The notes: generated from the letters alone by a model not told the origin. A stretch of 50,006 nucleotides of DNA from a candidate division WOR-3 bacterium (GCA_965648915.1 CBFGIV010000013.1:1-50006); one strand, 5' to 3'. Shown: positions 1 to 10,310, counted from the stretch's first letter. Numbers and translations are program-made.

Positions 1-118
1 TTTCGTAAACAACCTTTAGATTCACCTTCGACTCTGTTTTAGTTGTATCTTTTCCCTGAGCATAAAGCCAATTTATTGCCAAAAAGGCAATGATAAGAAT
101 TAGATTAAACCTATTCAT
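1..118 (-). CDS. 5' end of a secreted protein, truncated by the window edge (MNRFNLILIIAFLAINWLYAQGKDTTKTESKVNLKVVYE...)
   Basis: Manual translation. ATG at 118 follows an AAGGAGG Shine-Dalgarno (SD) sequence. Signal-peptide-like N-terminus; the frame is open to the edge. Not in the ORF track. Confidence 0.75.
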   Translation of the reverse strand, partial: MNRFNLILIIAFLAINWLYAQGKDTTKTESKVNLKVVYE

Positions 119-131
119 AAAACCTCCTTTC

Positions 132-180
132 ACCCTCACCATCATCCTCTCCCTTCAAGGGAGAGGGCAGGGGTGAGGGT
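132..180. repeat. GC-rich imperfect palindrome (REP-like hairpin)
   Basis: ACCCTCACC-n5-CCTCTCCCT-TCA-AGGGAGAGG-n5-GGTGAGGGT: two nested 9-bp stems in AT-rich intergenic DNA. Confidence 0.75.
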
Positions 181-364
181 TGTTTCCTTAATTGCCTTGA
201 ATTCTGATTTGCTAAAAAATAAACAAAAATTTGTTTTAATAGAGTTGGGGGGGTATATAGCATAGGCTTGAGATTTCTTAAAATTCTTAACTTCATTATT
301 ATAATAAATTATATCCATAAATCATAAATTGCCTTAAGTCAAGCAAAAAATTTTAGTATAAAAA

Positions 365-580
365 TCAACATCCGATGTCTGCGGCAATCACCTTCACCCA
401 ATAATAGCCATCCTTGAATCTTGCATCTTCAATAGAATCGGCATCAACTGAATCAGGTTGACCCGCTTTCTGTTTGGTGTTCCAATACCAGTTGCGGTGG
501 GCAACAGTGTCATTGAACGGATCAATTGATGAGAATATATATGAGTTCACAACCCAGAATCGAAAATTATCACACTGACT
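365..580 (-). pseudogene. Probable fragment of a larger extracellular protein (Ig-like strand pattern)
   Basis: Protein-like sequence ...NWYWNTKQ...FKDGYYWVKVIAADIGC* with no SD and no signal peptide, bounded upstream by an in-frame TAA. Confidence 0.4.
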
Positions 581-784
581 TATTTAATCACGACAGGGAT
601 GTCGCTTTTACAATAGATTTATTACTGCCGGCTATTTTTGAATATCTTCGTCTGTCAGATTGAAAGACAGTAGGGATAGCCCACTGACGGTGAAAAAAGC
701 GGTCGGTAAAAAGAAAAGCAACCAGTAAGATTGCAATTGACTATATTAGACCAGATTTGACTCCTTCGCCCGGAGTTATAATCG

Positions 785-1597
785 TCAATATCGCACTAAC
801 CCGCTCGCCCCGATCTTAAATGCGATATCTTTTTTTACTGATGTGTAAATTACACCATATAAACCAACCGGAATTTTCCAGATTTGATCTTCATACTGAA
901 TACTCACCCCACAGTATGAGCCATTTTCCGGTGGACCACCGGGCGAAAAACCAAACCCCAATTTTCTTGGGCCAAAGACCCGGGAAAAAGGTGAGGGAAC
1001 GGTATTGGCCAATTCATCATTTTCGTTAACCGCCTCGCCGTGTCCTAATGCAATTCCCAATAGAAATTTCCTGAAAGATAGATATTTACTGCTGATAACA
1101 ACCTCTTCTCTTAAACCGCAGGTTCTCAAGGGATTAAGCCAGTTATTGAGCAGATAGGGACTGTGCGTTTCGATGAGTATTACACCATCAAATGTTGGGA
1201 TTAATTTTTCAACTGCAAACAGTATTAGATTAAAAGTTGCTAACCCCATATCGTATCGAGTATCCGGATCTTTAAGGATGACCTCTAAGAAGGTTGAATA
1301 TTCTCGTTTGTAAGGTTCGATGAAGAATTCGTAATACTCATTAAGATAGATCCAGCCGGCACCAGCAGTCAGGCCAATGGTTAGTCTATTCTTAGCCCAC
1401 CATTCATCAGGCAATATCAATTTTCCCTGATAATATAATAATTCAGCTGGTAAGCGGCCGGTCATCAGATGTTCGGAAATTGTGTATTTGCCCAATAGAA
1501 AATTTATAACTTTATCAAGATCGGATTTAGAATTTTCGACTGGAGCTGAGTTAAGAATAATGGGGATGAGCTGTGCTAAGAGGGAAGTAGTCTTCAA
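785..1597 (-). CDS. Hypothetical protein, possibly exported or outer-membrane
   Basis: 270-aa ORF starting 9 nt after thi4; C-terminal alternating beta-strand pattern ending in Tyr. Confidence 0.6.
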   Translation of the reverse strand: MKTTSLLAQLIPIILNSAPVENSKSDLDKVINFLLGKYTISEHLMTGRLPAELLYYQGKLILPDEWWAKNRLTIGLTAGAGWIYLNEYYEFFIEPYKREYSTFLEVILKDPDTRYDMGLATFNLILFAVEKLIPTFDGVILIETHSPYLLNNWLNPLRTCGLREEVVISSKYLSFRKFLLGIALGHGEAVNENDELANTVPSPFSRVFGPRKLGFGFSPGGPPENGSYCGVSIQYEDQIWKIPVGLYGVIYTSVKKDIAFKIGASGLVRY

Positions 1598-1605
1598 AGG
1601 TTGAA

Positions 1606-2385
1606 TCAGATCTTACTCATTATAATTTCGGCGACCTTTTTACCCGAAAGGAGCATACCGCCGAATATCGGCCCCATCCTTGGTCCACCGAAGACCGCAT
1701 TTGCCGCCATGCCACAGACATAGAGATTGGGATAGACCTCTTTGGTATTATCAAGCGTCAACTGTTCAGCGACCTCGGCCCACATCGATTTCTCACCCTC
1801 GATCTTACCTGAAGGGGTAAATAGTTTACCGCCGGTCTTCTTTTCGACGATCCTGACAATCTCACAGGGATGTCCAGTTGCATCAATCACACACTTTGAT
1901 TTGAAAGTAATCGGATCGATATGTAGTTTCGCTATTTCGACGCTGGTCCAGTTAACGACAACACCGGTAACTGTCTGTTCTCTGATCATTACGTCTTCAA
2001 TTGAGATGAGATTGAAGATCTTCAATCCGGCCTTCAACACTTTATCGGTAAGACAGGCCGTGGCTTCGAGAGAGTCAGCAATGTAATAACCTTTCTGATA
2101 TTCGTTATATCTGATGCCAAATTCATCGAGGATCGCTCGACCTTCTTCCTGGACGACAATTTTATTGAACATCATTCCGCCGCCTGGCATCCCACCACCA
2201 AGTTTAAGGGCTCGTTCAAACAAAACTGTCTTGTATCCTCCCATAGATAGATAATAACCCGCGCAGAGTCCAGAGGGGCCACCACCGCCGATGATTACAT
2301 CCGACTCAAGGGCATCGAGTAAATCTTTGAGATAGGCCTCAATGATAGCCTTTGATATGATTGTTTCGTCAAGTGTTCTCTTCAT
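1606..2385 (-). CDS. thi4: Sulfide-dependent ADP-thiazole synthase (Thi4 family)
   Basis: GGGPSG Rossmann motif, [20 protein letters not shown] and [14 protein letters not shown] motifs; AGGAG SD. Confidence 0.93.
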   Translation of the reverse strand: MKRTLDETIISKAIIEAYLKDLLDALESDVIIGGGGPSGLCAGYYLSMGGYKTVLFERALKLGGGMPGGGMMFNKIVVQEEGRAILDEFGIRYNEYQKGYYIADSLEATACLTDKVLKAGLKIFNLISIEDVMIREQTVTGVVVNWTSVEIAKLHIDPITFKSKCVIDATGHPCEIVRIVEKKTGGKLFTPSGKIEGEKSMWAEVAEQLTLDNTKEVYPNLYVCGMAANAVFGGPRMGPIFGGMLLSGKKVAEIIMSKI

Positions 2386-2399
2386 ACTCCTGGCTTCCT

Positions 2400-3416
2400 T
2401 TATGTCAGATTGACGATAAATTCAGTTACCAGACGGATTGTTCTTTCCATGTCAATCAAGGAGACAACCTCGACCGGCGTATGCATATACCTCACCGGAA
2501 CAGAAACGAGGCCGGTCAGGATACCTTCACGAACAAACGCTATGTAGTCAGCATCGGTTCCGGTGTTGCGGGGTAGACATTCTATCTGGTAAGGAATTTC
2601 AAGACGCCGGGCAGTTTCGATAAGTTCATTATAGATCTTAGGCGAGATAGTTGGCCCCCGTCCAATCACCGGTCCTTTATTTAATGGAAAGCATTCATAA
2701 TCTTTCAGTTCCGGCTGTTCGCCAAAGGTTACATCGATCACAAGGGCGATGTCCGGATTCAGACGATAGGCATTTATCCTTGCACCTAAACCAACCCATT
2801 CTTCCTGGGTTGTAGCAATTAAGTTAATCGAGGGTGAAGGATGAAGCTCGGAGAGGAGTTTTAAGATCATCAGTCCACAGACAACACCAACCCGATTATC
2901 GAAGGCCTTGCCGCAGCGAAATGGCTCTTCAAGTTTCAGATAGGAACCGGAGAATGATACATAATCACCAATCCGGACAAAACTTTTAACATCCTTTTCG
3001 GGTAGACCGAGATCAACAAATAGTTCGCTGATTGGTATAATCTTCTCCCGTTCCTGAGGGGTAGTATAATGAGGAGAGGCAATTCCGATGTATCCCTCCA
3101 GTTTCTTCCTGCCCGCGACCGCGACCTTCTGTCCGGGAAGAAGACGGGGATCAAAATGGCCGATCGGGCTGATTCTTAAGAAACCTTCTTCAATACCACT
3201 CACCACAAAGCCGATCTCATCGATGTGGGTAGCAATCATAACTTCCTTCTTCCTTCGCCCTTTCAACCGAGCAATAACACTACCCGACTTATCAAACTCA
3301 ACATCCTTGCAGAAACGGACTGCCTCCCGGGCAAAAAGACGGGTTGCCTCATTTGCATAACCGACGCCACTGGTGAATGATAATTTTGCGAGCAAGGAAT
3401 CGATCGTCTCTCTCAT
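2400..3416 (-). CDS. M42 family metalloaminopeptidase (TET/FrvX-like)
   Basis: HIDEIG, KAFDNR, TTQEE, GTDAD and RYMHTP metal-ligand motifs. Confidence 0.9.
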   Translation of the reverse strand: MRETIDSLLAKLSFTSGVGYANEATRLFAREAVRFCKDVEFDKSGSVIARLKGRRKKEVMIATHIDEIGFVVSGIEEGFLRISPIGHFDPRLLPGQKVAVAGRKKLEGYIGIASPHYTTPQEREKIIPISELFVDLGLPEKDVKSFVRIGDYVSFSGSYLKLEEPFRCGKAFDNRVGVVCGLMILKLLSELHPSPSINLIATTQEEWVGLGARINAYRLNPDIALVIDVTFGEQPELKDYECFPLNKGPVIGRGPTISPKIYNELIETARRLEIPYQIECLPRNTGTDADYIAFVREGILTGLVSVPVRYMHTPVEVVSLIDMERTIRLVTEFIVNLT

Positions 3417-4249
3417 TTTGTTATCAACTGGTTGAAGATCCTCTCTAATTCAGAGGGTGTAAAGAGATGGAAGACAATCTTGCCTCTATTCCGGCCCCAG
3501 AAGATCTCAACTTTAATCCCGAATTTTTTTCTGAGAATTTCCGCCATCTGCTCAATCTCCTGATTTGGTGTTTTGCGACTTCTTTTTTGAACTATGGTTC
3601 GCCGGACCAGCCTTTCGGTTTCGCGCACCGAAAGGTTCTCTTTGACAATTTTTTCTCCCAAAATTAAAACCTCGGGTCGATCACCAAGGCTGAGCAGGGC
3701 ACGGGCGTGGCCCTCAGTAAGTTTACCCTGTTTTATATAATCGCGGATCTTACCCGGCAGGTTGAGTAGTCTGATAGTATTGGTTATCGTCGAACGATCT
3801 TTATTGATTATCTCACCAAGTTGTTGCTGGGTCAGGCCAAATTCTTCAATTGCGCGCTTAAAACCCTGTGCCTCTTCAATCGGATCGAGATCCTTGCGTT
3901 CGACATTCTCAATCAACGCGTAGAGCAGCATTTCGCGATCACTGGCGCTACGCAGGACTGCAGGGATCTCTTTTAGCCCGACCAGTTTAGCGGCACGAAA
4001 ACGCCGTTCACCGACAATTACCTGATAATCGTCTCCTTTTTTACGGACGACGATCGGTTGTAAAATGCCATCCCGCTTTATCGATTCAACCAGCGACTGT
4101 AATTCTTCATCACGGATGGGGCTGCGCGGTTGATAGGGATTGGGTTTTATTCGATGTAAATCAATCATCGTGATACCCGTTTCAACCGGTACCGCTTCCT
4201 TATGAGGAATCAGGGCGTCGAGTCCACGCCCCAGTGCCTTTTTAACCGT
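3413..4249 (-). CDS. parB: Chromosome partitioning protein ParB/Spo0J; true start probably ACG at 4249 (ORF track starts at 4168)
   Basis: PNPYQPR, GILQPI, GERRFRA and ENVERKDL motifs plus HTH. The conserved N-terminal [13 protein letters not shown] peptide is in frame upstream of the first ATG. Confidence 0.93.
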   Translation of the reverse strand, partial: TVKKALGRGLDALIPHKEAVPVETGITMIDLHRIKPNPYQPRSPIRDEELQSLVESIKRDGILQPIVVRKKGDDYQVIVGERRFRAAKLVGLKEIPAVLRSASDREMLLYALIENVERKDLDPIEEAQGFKRAIEEFGLTQQQLGEIINKDRSTITNTIRLLNLPGKIRDYIKQGKLTEGHARALLSLGDRPEVLILGEKIVKENLSVRETERLVRRTIVQKRSRKTPNQEIEQMAEILRKKFGIKVEIFWGRNRGKIVFHLFTPSELERIFNQLITK

Positions 4250-5000
4250 GATTAAGCACCTCCCGGGCCAGCATCAAATAAGCCTGTGCCCCGCTTGAAC
4301 CGATATCATATTTAAAGATCGGTTGCCCAAAACTGGGTGCCTCGGCCAGTCTTACCGAACGGGGGATCATTACTTTATAGACTTTATCCTTAAAGTAGTT
4401 CCTGATCTCAGCGACAACCTGTTTGGCAAGATTAAGGCGGCAATCAAACATTGTGAGTAGAATTCCCTCAATCATCAAATTAGGATTTAAACTCGATCGG
4501 ACCAGGCGAATTGTCGAAAGGAGTTTTTCGACCCCTTCGAGGGCATAATACTCACACTGAATAGGGATAAGGACACTTCGGGCTGCGGTCAAGGCGTTTA
4601 TGGTTAAAAGTCCTAATGAAGGTGGGCAGTCAATGAAGATAAATTCATAATTTTCTTCGATGGGTTTTAACACCTCCCTGAGCCGAAAATGGTAATTTTC
4701 GATATTGAGGAGTTCGACTTCGGCGCCGACCAGATCAGGTGAAGATGGGAGGAGAAAAAGATGAGAGAATTGGGTCTTAACGATTGCCTCATTGACCAGA
4801 TTGGGATCGAGCAGGCTCTGATAAATTGTCAATTTCAAACCTTTACGGTCGATACCGAAACCGCTGGTTGCATTGGCCTGGGGATCAGCATCGACCAATA
4901 AGGTCTTCTTCTCAAGAAGCGCAAGGGCAGTGGCTAAATTTATAGCTGTAGTCGTCTTGCCAACACCGCCTTTCTGATTACAAATAGCGATTTTCCGCAT
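4242..5000 (-). CDS. parA: Chromosome partitioning ATPase ParA/Soj
   Basis: [10 protein letters not shown] deviant Walker [16 protein letters not shown] and EAPSFG motifs. Confidence 0.96.
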   Translation of the reverse strand: MRKIAICNQKGGVGKTTTAINLATALALLEKKTLLVDADPQANATSGFGIDRKGLKLTIYQSLLDPNLVNEAIVKTQFSHLFLLPSSPDLVGAEVELLNIENYHFRLREVLKPIEENYEFIFIDCPPSLGLLTINALTAARSVLIPIQCEYYALEGVEKLLSTIRLVRSSLNPNLMIEGILLTMFDCRLNLAKQVVAEIRNYFKDKVYKVMIPRSVRLAEAPSFGQPIFKYDIGSSGAQAYLMLAREVLNHG

Positions 5001-5006
5001 CAGTCT

Positions 5007-5034
5007 ATTTTACAAGAAAATTGGTCAAAGTCAA
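5007..5034 (-). promoter_or_regulatory. Sigma70-type promoter of parA, probably leaderless
   Basis: TTGACT-N16-TAAAAT-N6-ATG; no SD. Confidence 0.65.
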
Positions 5035-5078
5035 TGAAAAGTTTATAATCAGGGCTTAAGGCAATATTTCAAGCGGTC

Positions 5079-5106
5079 TTGACAAAGATAAATTATTGAA
5101 TAATAT
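5079..5106 (+). promoter_or_regulatory. Sigma70-type promoter of valS, probably leaderless
   Basis: TTGACA-N16-TAATAT-N6-GTG; no SD. Confidence 0.65.
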
Positions 5107-5112
5107 AGATAT

Positions 5113-7746
5113 GTGGAAGATTTTCCCAAGAGATATAATCCAGGTGAGATTGAGCCCAAATGGATTGATTTTTGGGCAGAAAAGAGACTGTTCACTCCCC
5201 GTCTCCCTTCTGAAAGGCCAAAGTTTTCCATCGTCGTCCCACCACCCAATGTCACCGGGCAACTGACTTTAGGCCATGTCTTCAACAATACAATTCAGGA
5301 TGTCTTGATTCGTTACCATCGATTAAAGGGTTTTGAGGTTCTCTGGCTGCCGGGCATGGATCATGCAGGCATCGCCACCCAGGTCGTGGTGGAGGAGAAA
5401 CTGGCCCGAGAGAATAAGAGTCGCGTTGAACTTGGCCGGGAAGGATTCATTGAGGAGGTGTGGAGATGGAAAGAGCACTATGCGGCAATTATCAGGAAGC
5501 AGTTTAACCGTATGGGCTGCAGTCTTGACTGGACCAGGGAGAAGTTCACCCTTGATGAAGACCTTTCCCGGGCAGTCATCAAGGTCTTTGTCTGGCTCTA
5601 CAACAAGAAGTTGATCTACCGGGGGAGATATATTGTAAACTGGTGCCCGCGCTGCCGGACGGCAATTTCTGACGAGCAGGTGGAAGACATAAAGGAACCG
5701 GGTAAACTCTATTATATCAGGTATCCTTTTGAGAACTCGAGCGAATATATAACCGTGGCCACAACCAGGCCCGAAACGATGCTGGGCGATACCGCGGTCT
5801 GTGTCCATCCCGAAGATAAAAGATATCAGGATAAGATCGGCCGCATTCTGATTCTCCCCTTGATGAACCGAAAGATACCACTGATTGCTGATTCCTACGT
5901 TGATCCGAGCTTTGGCACAGGTGCCCTGAAGGTTACACCGGCCCATGACAAATTCGACTTTGCCCTGGCTCAGAAACATCTCCTTGAGATTATCAATATT
6001 ATGAATGAGGACGCAACGATCAACGAAAATGGTGGAGTGTATAAGGGACTTGATCGCATGGCGGCTCGTGAGAAGGTTATTGCCGATCTCAAAGATTTGG
6101 GGCTGATTGAGAAGATCGAGGACTACGAGGTTCCGCTCGGACACTGTGAACGTTGCTCGACCCCGATTGAACCGAGGATATCACTCCAGTGGTTTGTTCA
6201 GATGAGACCTCTGGCCGAGCCGGCCCTTAAGGCAGTGCGCGAAAAGGAGATAACGATCTATCCAGAAAGATGGGTCAACCTCTATAACCACTGGATGGAA
6301 AATGTCAGGGATTGGTGTATTTCAAGGCAGTTATGGTGGGGACACCGGATACCGGTTTACTATTGTAAAGATTGCCGGGCGGAGCTGACCGATGAAACCG
6401 AAGACCGAGGAATAATAGTGGCTGAGGCAAAACCGGCGCAGTGTCCAGTTTGTGGTTCAACCCGGATTGAACAGGATGAGGATGTCCTCGATACTTGGTT
6501 TTCTTCCTGGCTCTGGCCTTTTTCCACTTTAGGCTGGCCGGAAAAGACTCAGGATTATGAAAATTTCTATCCGACATCGATTTTAGTTTCGGGCTGGGAG
6601 ATTATCTACCTCTGGATTGCACGGATGATAATGGCTGGTATAGAGTTCACCGGGCAGAAACCATTCAGTGAAGTCTATTTCCACGGATTGATTCGCGATG
6701 AAAAGGGGCAGAAGATGTCAAAGAGCCTCGGTAATTCGCCCGACCCGATTGAACTGATGGATAAGTATGGTGCTGATGCCCTGCGCTTTGGTCTCCTGTT
6801 GATAACGCCCCGTGATCGGGATGTACTATTCAGTGTTGAGCGAATCGAGGCCGGAAGGAATTTTGCCAATAAATTATGGAATTCAGGAAGATTTTTATGG
6901 CTCAATACCAAAGGTTTGACCATGGGGCTACCACGGCAGTTGACACCGATCGATCGCTGGATTATATCAAAGTTGGCTAAACTGGTCGAAAGTGTTGAGA
7001 GATATTTAAAGCGTTTTGAACTTAATCAGGCAGCAAAAGAGATATACGATTTTACCTGGCATCATTATTGCGATTGGTACATCGAATATACGAAGTCAGA
7101 GATGATCCGCCGGGGTGAGGTATTTGATGTTGGGATTTATATTTTCAAAAATCTGCTGATTCTGCTCCATCCCTTTATGCCTTTTATAACTGAAGAATTA
7201 TACCAACGACTGAGTATTGGTAAAGAGACGCTATGGCATGAGCAATGGCCTGCGGTGAAGGTACCTTTGCCCGATGATGCTCATATGGTAGATGCCTTAA
7301 TTTCTGCAATCGAAGCAGTGCGCAACCTGCGGAGTGCCTGGCGGGTTCCGGCTCAAAAGAAAACCGAGTGTTTTCTGAAGATCGAAGATGAAGACCTTGA
7401 GGAAATCTTCAGGACCAATCTCGACTTTTTCAAAACTCAGGCTAATGTTGACAGTCTTATCATAAATATTACCCCACCCAAACCATTTTCAAGCACAATT
7501 CTTAAGGGAGTCGAGGTCTATCTCCCTCTTACCGGTTCGGTGGATCTGGGCAAAGAACTTAAAAGGTTAAAAGATGAACTAAATTTTCTCGAAAACCGGA
7601 TAAACGAGATTGAACACCGGTTGAGCGACGAACAGTTCCAGAGAATGGCTTCGGAAGAGGTTAAACAGCGCGAGGCGAATCGGCTTTCTGATTTTTCAAA
7701 AAAGCGCGACGGGATTCGCCATCTGCTTGAGACCATTGAAGCATGA
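5113..7746 (+). CDS. valS: Valine--tRNA ligase
   Basis: PPPNVTGQLTLGH (HIGH-like), DWCISRQLWWGHRIP and KMSKS motifs; C-terminal coiled coil. Confidence 0.97.
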   Translation: MEDFPKRYNPGEIEPKWIDFWAEKRLFTPRLPSERPKFSIVVPPPNVTGQLTLGHVFNNTIQDVLIRYHRLKGFEVLWLPGMDHAGIATQVVVEEKLARENKSRVELGREGFIEEVWRWKEHYAAIIRKQFNRMGCSLDWTREKFTLDEDLSRAVIKVFVWLYNKKLIYRGRYIVNWCPRCRTAISDEQVEDIKEPGKLYYIRYPFENSSEYITVATTRPETMLGDTAVCVHPEDKRYQDKIGRILILPLMNRKIPLIADSYVDPSFGTGALKVTPAHDKFDFALAQKHLLEIINIMNEDATINENGGVYKGLDRMAAREKVIADLKDLGLIEKIEDYEVPLGHCERCSTPIEPRISLQWFVQMRPLAEPALKAVREKEITIYPERWVNLYNHWMENVRDWCISRQLWWGHRIPVYYCKDCRAELTDETEDRGIIVAEAKPAQCPVCGSTRIEQDEDVLDTWFSSWLWPFSTLGWPEKTQDYENFYPTSILVSGWEIIYLWIARMIMAGIEFTGQKPFSEVYFHGLIRDEKGQKMSKSLGNSPDPIELMDKYGADALRFGLLLITPRDRDVLFSVERIEAGRNFANKLWNSGRFLWLNTKGLTMGLPRQLTPIDRWIISKLAKLVESVERYLKRFELNQAAKEIYDFTWHHYCDWYIEYTKSEMIRRGEVFDVGIYIFKNLLILLHPFMPFITEELYQRLSIGKETLWHEQWPAVKVPLPDDAHMVDALISAIEAVRNLRSAWRVPAQKKTECFLKIEDEDLEEIFRTNLDFFKTQANVDSLIINITPPKPFSSTILKGVEVYLPLTGSVDLGKELKRLKDELNFLENRINEIEHRLSDEQFQRMASEEVKQREANRLSDFSKKRDGIRHLLETIEA

Positions 7747-8165
7747 GATACACAGGCTGGATCGTCGCCATTATTCTTTTGATTTTTGATCTGCTCTTCT
7801 ATCATTTTAATTATCGACACCTTAAGAATGAAATCGAGAGTTTGAAGCAGGAGATAAAGATGTGGGAAGATCTGGTTGAGCGAGAAAAAAACGCACACAG
7901 GGTAGAAACCAGATTTACATTCCCGATGGAAAAATTTCTGGCACCGGAAGTTGATAGACTTTCATCTTATGGAGAAGTTGAACTGGCTCGTATCCTTAAT
8001 GCCCTTAAAGGCAGGAAGATTGAGATCCTGATATCCGGGAATAACCCGGCCCGTTATACCGCGCAGATTATGAAATTCATCAGCGAACAGAATCTCCCGC
8101 TCGATGACTTTCGAATCGAAGGTAGAAATAAGCCCCAGAAACAACTTATCATCATTGCCCGCTGA
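7743..8165 (+). CDS. Membrane-anchored protein: TM helix, coiled coil and degenerate OmpA/MotB-like domain
   Basis: N-terminal hydrophobic helix and heptad region, then a pattern like OmpA_C without GHTD. ATGA overlap with valS. Confidence 0.6.
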   Translation: MRYTGWIVAIILLIFDLLFYHFNYRHLKNEIESLKQEIKMWEDLVEREKNAHRVETRFTFPMEKFLAPEVDRLSSYGEVELARILNALKGRKIEILISGNNPARYTAQIMKFISEQNLPLDDFRIEGRNKPQKQLIIIAR

Positions 8166-8536
8166 TGAGCTCATTGAGGTTTAAAATTCTTATTGCAATT
8201 ATGCTTATAATATCATTAAGTTTTGGCCAGAAGAAATCACCGACAAAGGCAATGTTGTTCTGCCTCTTTCCCGGGGGAGGGCAGTTTTATACCCATCGCT
8301 ATATCCGGGGATCAATTATCGGCAGCGGTGAAGTTGCTCTGGGATATTTTGCCTACCAGTTCCATACAGGAGATCGGTATATTGAAAGGAACAGTATGCT
8401 CTGGTATTTGACATTTCTCTTTGGCTATTCTCTGGCTGATGCCTATGTCGGTGCCAAAATGTTTAATTTTAAGGCCGAATGCGATCTTAATAAAACACAG
8501 GCAAAAGCATCAATAGGAGTCAATTATTTATGGTGA
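8165..8536 (+). CDS. Small exported or membrane protein (DUF5683-like)
   Basis: Signal peptide, then KSPTKAMLFCLFPGGGQFY and YSLADAY motifs. Confidence 0.65.
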   Translation: MSSLRFKILIAIMLIISLSFGQKKSPTKAMLFCLFPGGGQFYTHRYIRGSIIGSGEVALGYFAYQFHTGDRYIERNSMLWYLTFLFGYSLADAYVGAKMFNFKAECDLNKTQAKASIGVNYLW

Positions 8537-10038
8537 AGCTTAACGGTCTCAACCTCACCCTGCGAAAGATAGAGCAGATAATAGTTGATAAAGAGAAGAT
8601 CACTCTCGCCCCGGAGGTAAAAAAGAGGATAGAACGGTCGGCAAATTTTGTCGAGCGGATCGTTCAAGCCCAGAAGAAGGTTTACGGGATCAATACCGGC
8701 TTTGGTGCTTTATCAACCGTGCGTATCCCGGAGCGTGAACTTTCCTCTCTGCAGCGTAATTTACTGCTCAGTCATAATACCGGGGTTGGACCGGCAGTCC
8801 CCTTGCCAATCGCCAAGACCGCGATGGTCCTGCGTCTCAACACCCTGATTCGGGGTTACACTGGCGTAAGATTCAGGACAGTTAAGGCTCTGGTCGAGCT
8901 TATTAATAATGATGTCATCCCTTTGATTCCATCAAAAGGATCGGTTGGGGCAAGTGGCGATCTTGCACCACTGGCGGCAATGTCCCTGCCTCTTATTGGT
9001 GAAGGAGAAGTGGTATATAAAAATCGACGGATGCCGGCTCTTAAGGCACTAAATTCCCTCCACCTGAAGCCCCTTAAACTCGGGCCTAAAGAAGGGCTTG
9101 CGTTGATAAACGGCACTCAGATGATGACCGCCTATGGGGTTACTATTTTACGCGAAGCCTTAACGATGATCGATCTTTTTGACTTAGCCGGGGCGATGAG
9201 TCTTGAGACACTAAAAGGGACAGACCGGGCTTTTGACCAGCGTATGCTGAGACTTAGACCCTATCCGGGCGTAAAGAAGACTGCAGCCAACCTTATTTAT
9301 TTTCTCAGAGGTTCAAAGATTCTCCAGTCACATCGTCATTGTAACAAAGTGCAGGATGCCTATTCATTGCGCTGTATGCCTCAAGTTCATGGTGCAGTGC
9401 GTGATCTATTCGCCTTTGTTCGAACCCAGTTTGAGATCGAGATCAACTCAGTGACCGACAATCCGATTCTTCTTCCTGAAGATAACGAAATTATCCAGGG
9501 GGGTAATTTTCATGGCGAGCCGGTTGCTTTTGGCCTTGATCTACTGGCGATAGGGTTGACGGAACTTTCATCTATTTCGGAACGTCGGATATTTCGTATG
9601 CTCGATCCAACTCTGAGCGGGCTCGCGCCTTTTCTGATTGAGAAAGCCGGTCTCAATTCAGGACTGATGATGTTGCAGACTACTGCCGCCGGACTTGTTG
9701 CCCAGAATAAAATTCTCTCTCATCCTGCATCGATCGATTCGATACCCACCTCAGCCAATCAGGAGGACCATGTGAGCATGGGCATGAATGCGGCACTTAA
9801 AGCGTATGAAGTTTTAGAGAACACCAAAAATGTTCTGGCGATGGAATTTATCTGTGCGGCTCAGGGTATCGATATCCTCAGGCCCTTAAAATCAAGCCCG
9901 ATCCTTCAGTCCGTGAAGGAAGAGATCCGTAAATATGTGCCATATTTAAGAGAGGATCGTGACCTCTCGAAAGATATTAAACGAATGGTTAAGTTGATCG
10001 ATTCAGGGCAACTTTTGCAAATTATCTACAGGTATTGA
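8530..10038 (+). CDS. hutH: Histidine ammonia-lyase
   Basis: YGINTGFG, GSVGASGDLAP (MIO-forming ASG), QDAYSLRC, GGNFHG and NQEDHVSMG motifs. Confidence 0.95.
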   Translation: MVKLNGLNLTLRKIEQIIVDKEKITLAPEVKKRIERSANFVERIVQAQKKVYGINTGFGALSTVRIPERELSSLQRNLLLSHNTGVGPAVPLPIAKTAMVLRLNTLIRGYTGVRFRTVKALVELINNDVIPLIPSKGSVGASGDLAPLAAMSLPLIGEGEVVYKNRRMPALKALNSLHLKPLKLGPKEGLALINGTQMMTAYGVTILREALTMIDLFDLAGAMSLETLKGTDRAFDQRMLRLRPYPGVKKTAANLIYFLRGSKILQSHRHCNKVQDAYSLRCMPQVHGAVRDLFAFVRTQFEIEINSVTDNPILLPEDNEIIQGGNFHGEPVAFGLDLLAIGLTELSSISERRIFRMLDPTLSGLAPFLIEKAGLNSGLMMLQTTAAGLVAQNKILSHPASIDSIPTSANQEDHVSMGMNAALKAYEVLENTKNVLAMEFICAAQGIDILRPLKSSPILQSVKEEIRKYVPYLREDRDLSKDIKRMVKLIDSGQLLQIIYRY

Positions 10039-10124
10039 AGATTTTCCAAACAAAGCAGATCACCATTAGTAATTATAGATATTCCGCTCGAAACCGACCT
10101 TTTTCCTCTGTTGTTCAATGAATG

Positions 10125-10218
10125 TTGACAATATGGAAAATGTGAATAAAATATACTTAATATATTGAACCAAAAACTTCGTCACTCTTTGACAATGCGT
10201 AATGTCATTTCATATTAT
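10125..10218 (+). promoter_or_regulatory. Tandem sigma70-type promoters upstream of pckG
   Basis: TTGACA(10125)-N16-TAAAAT, and TTGACA(10189) followed by CATATT (N16) or TATTAT (N18). Confidence 0.5.
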
Positions 10219-10310
10219 GCAGAATACCAGAAAGGTATTAGGTTTTTCGTAAATTATCCGGTTTGAGCAGAAAGTTTATGCATCAAAATTTATATGACGG
10301 AGGTGATTGC

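Noticed and set aside
365..580. DGR template repeat
   Set aside because: No reverse transcriptase and no matching variable repeat were seen in the window.
3413..5100. parS site or replication origin near parAB
   Set aside because: By eye I found no TGTTTCACGTGAAACA-like palindrome or DnaA-box cluster; a motif scan would be needed to exclude one.
5323..6144. Long antisense or alternate-frame ORFs (for example 5323-6144, 17935-18573, 38846-39478)
   Set aside because: They are shadows of well-conserved genes and have no recognisable motifs or ribosome-binding sites.
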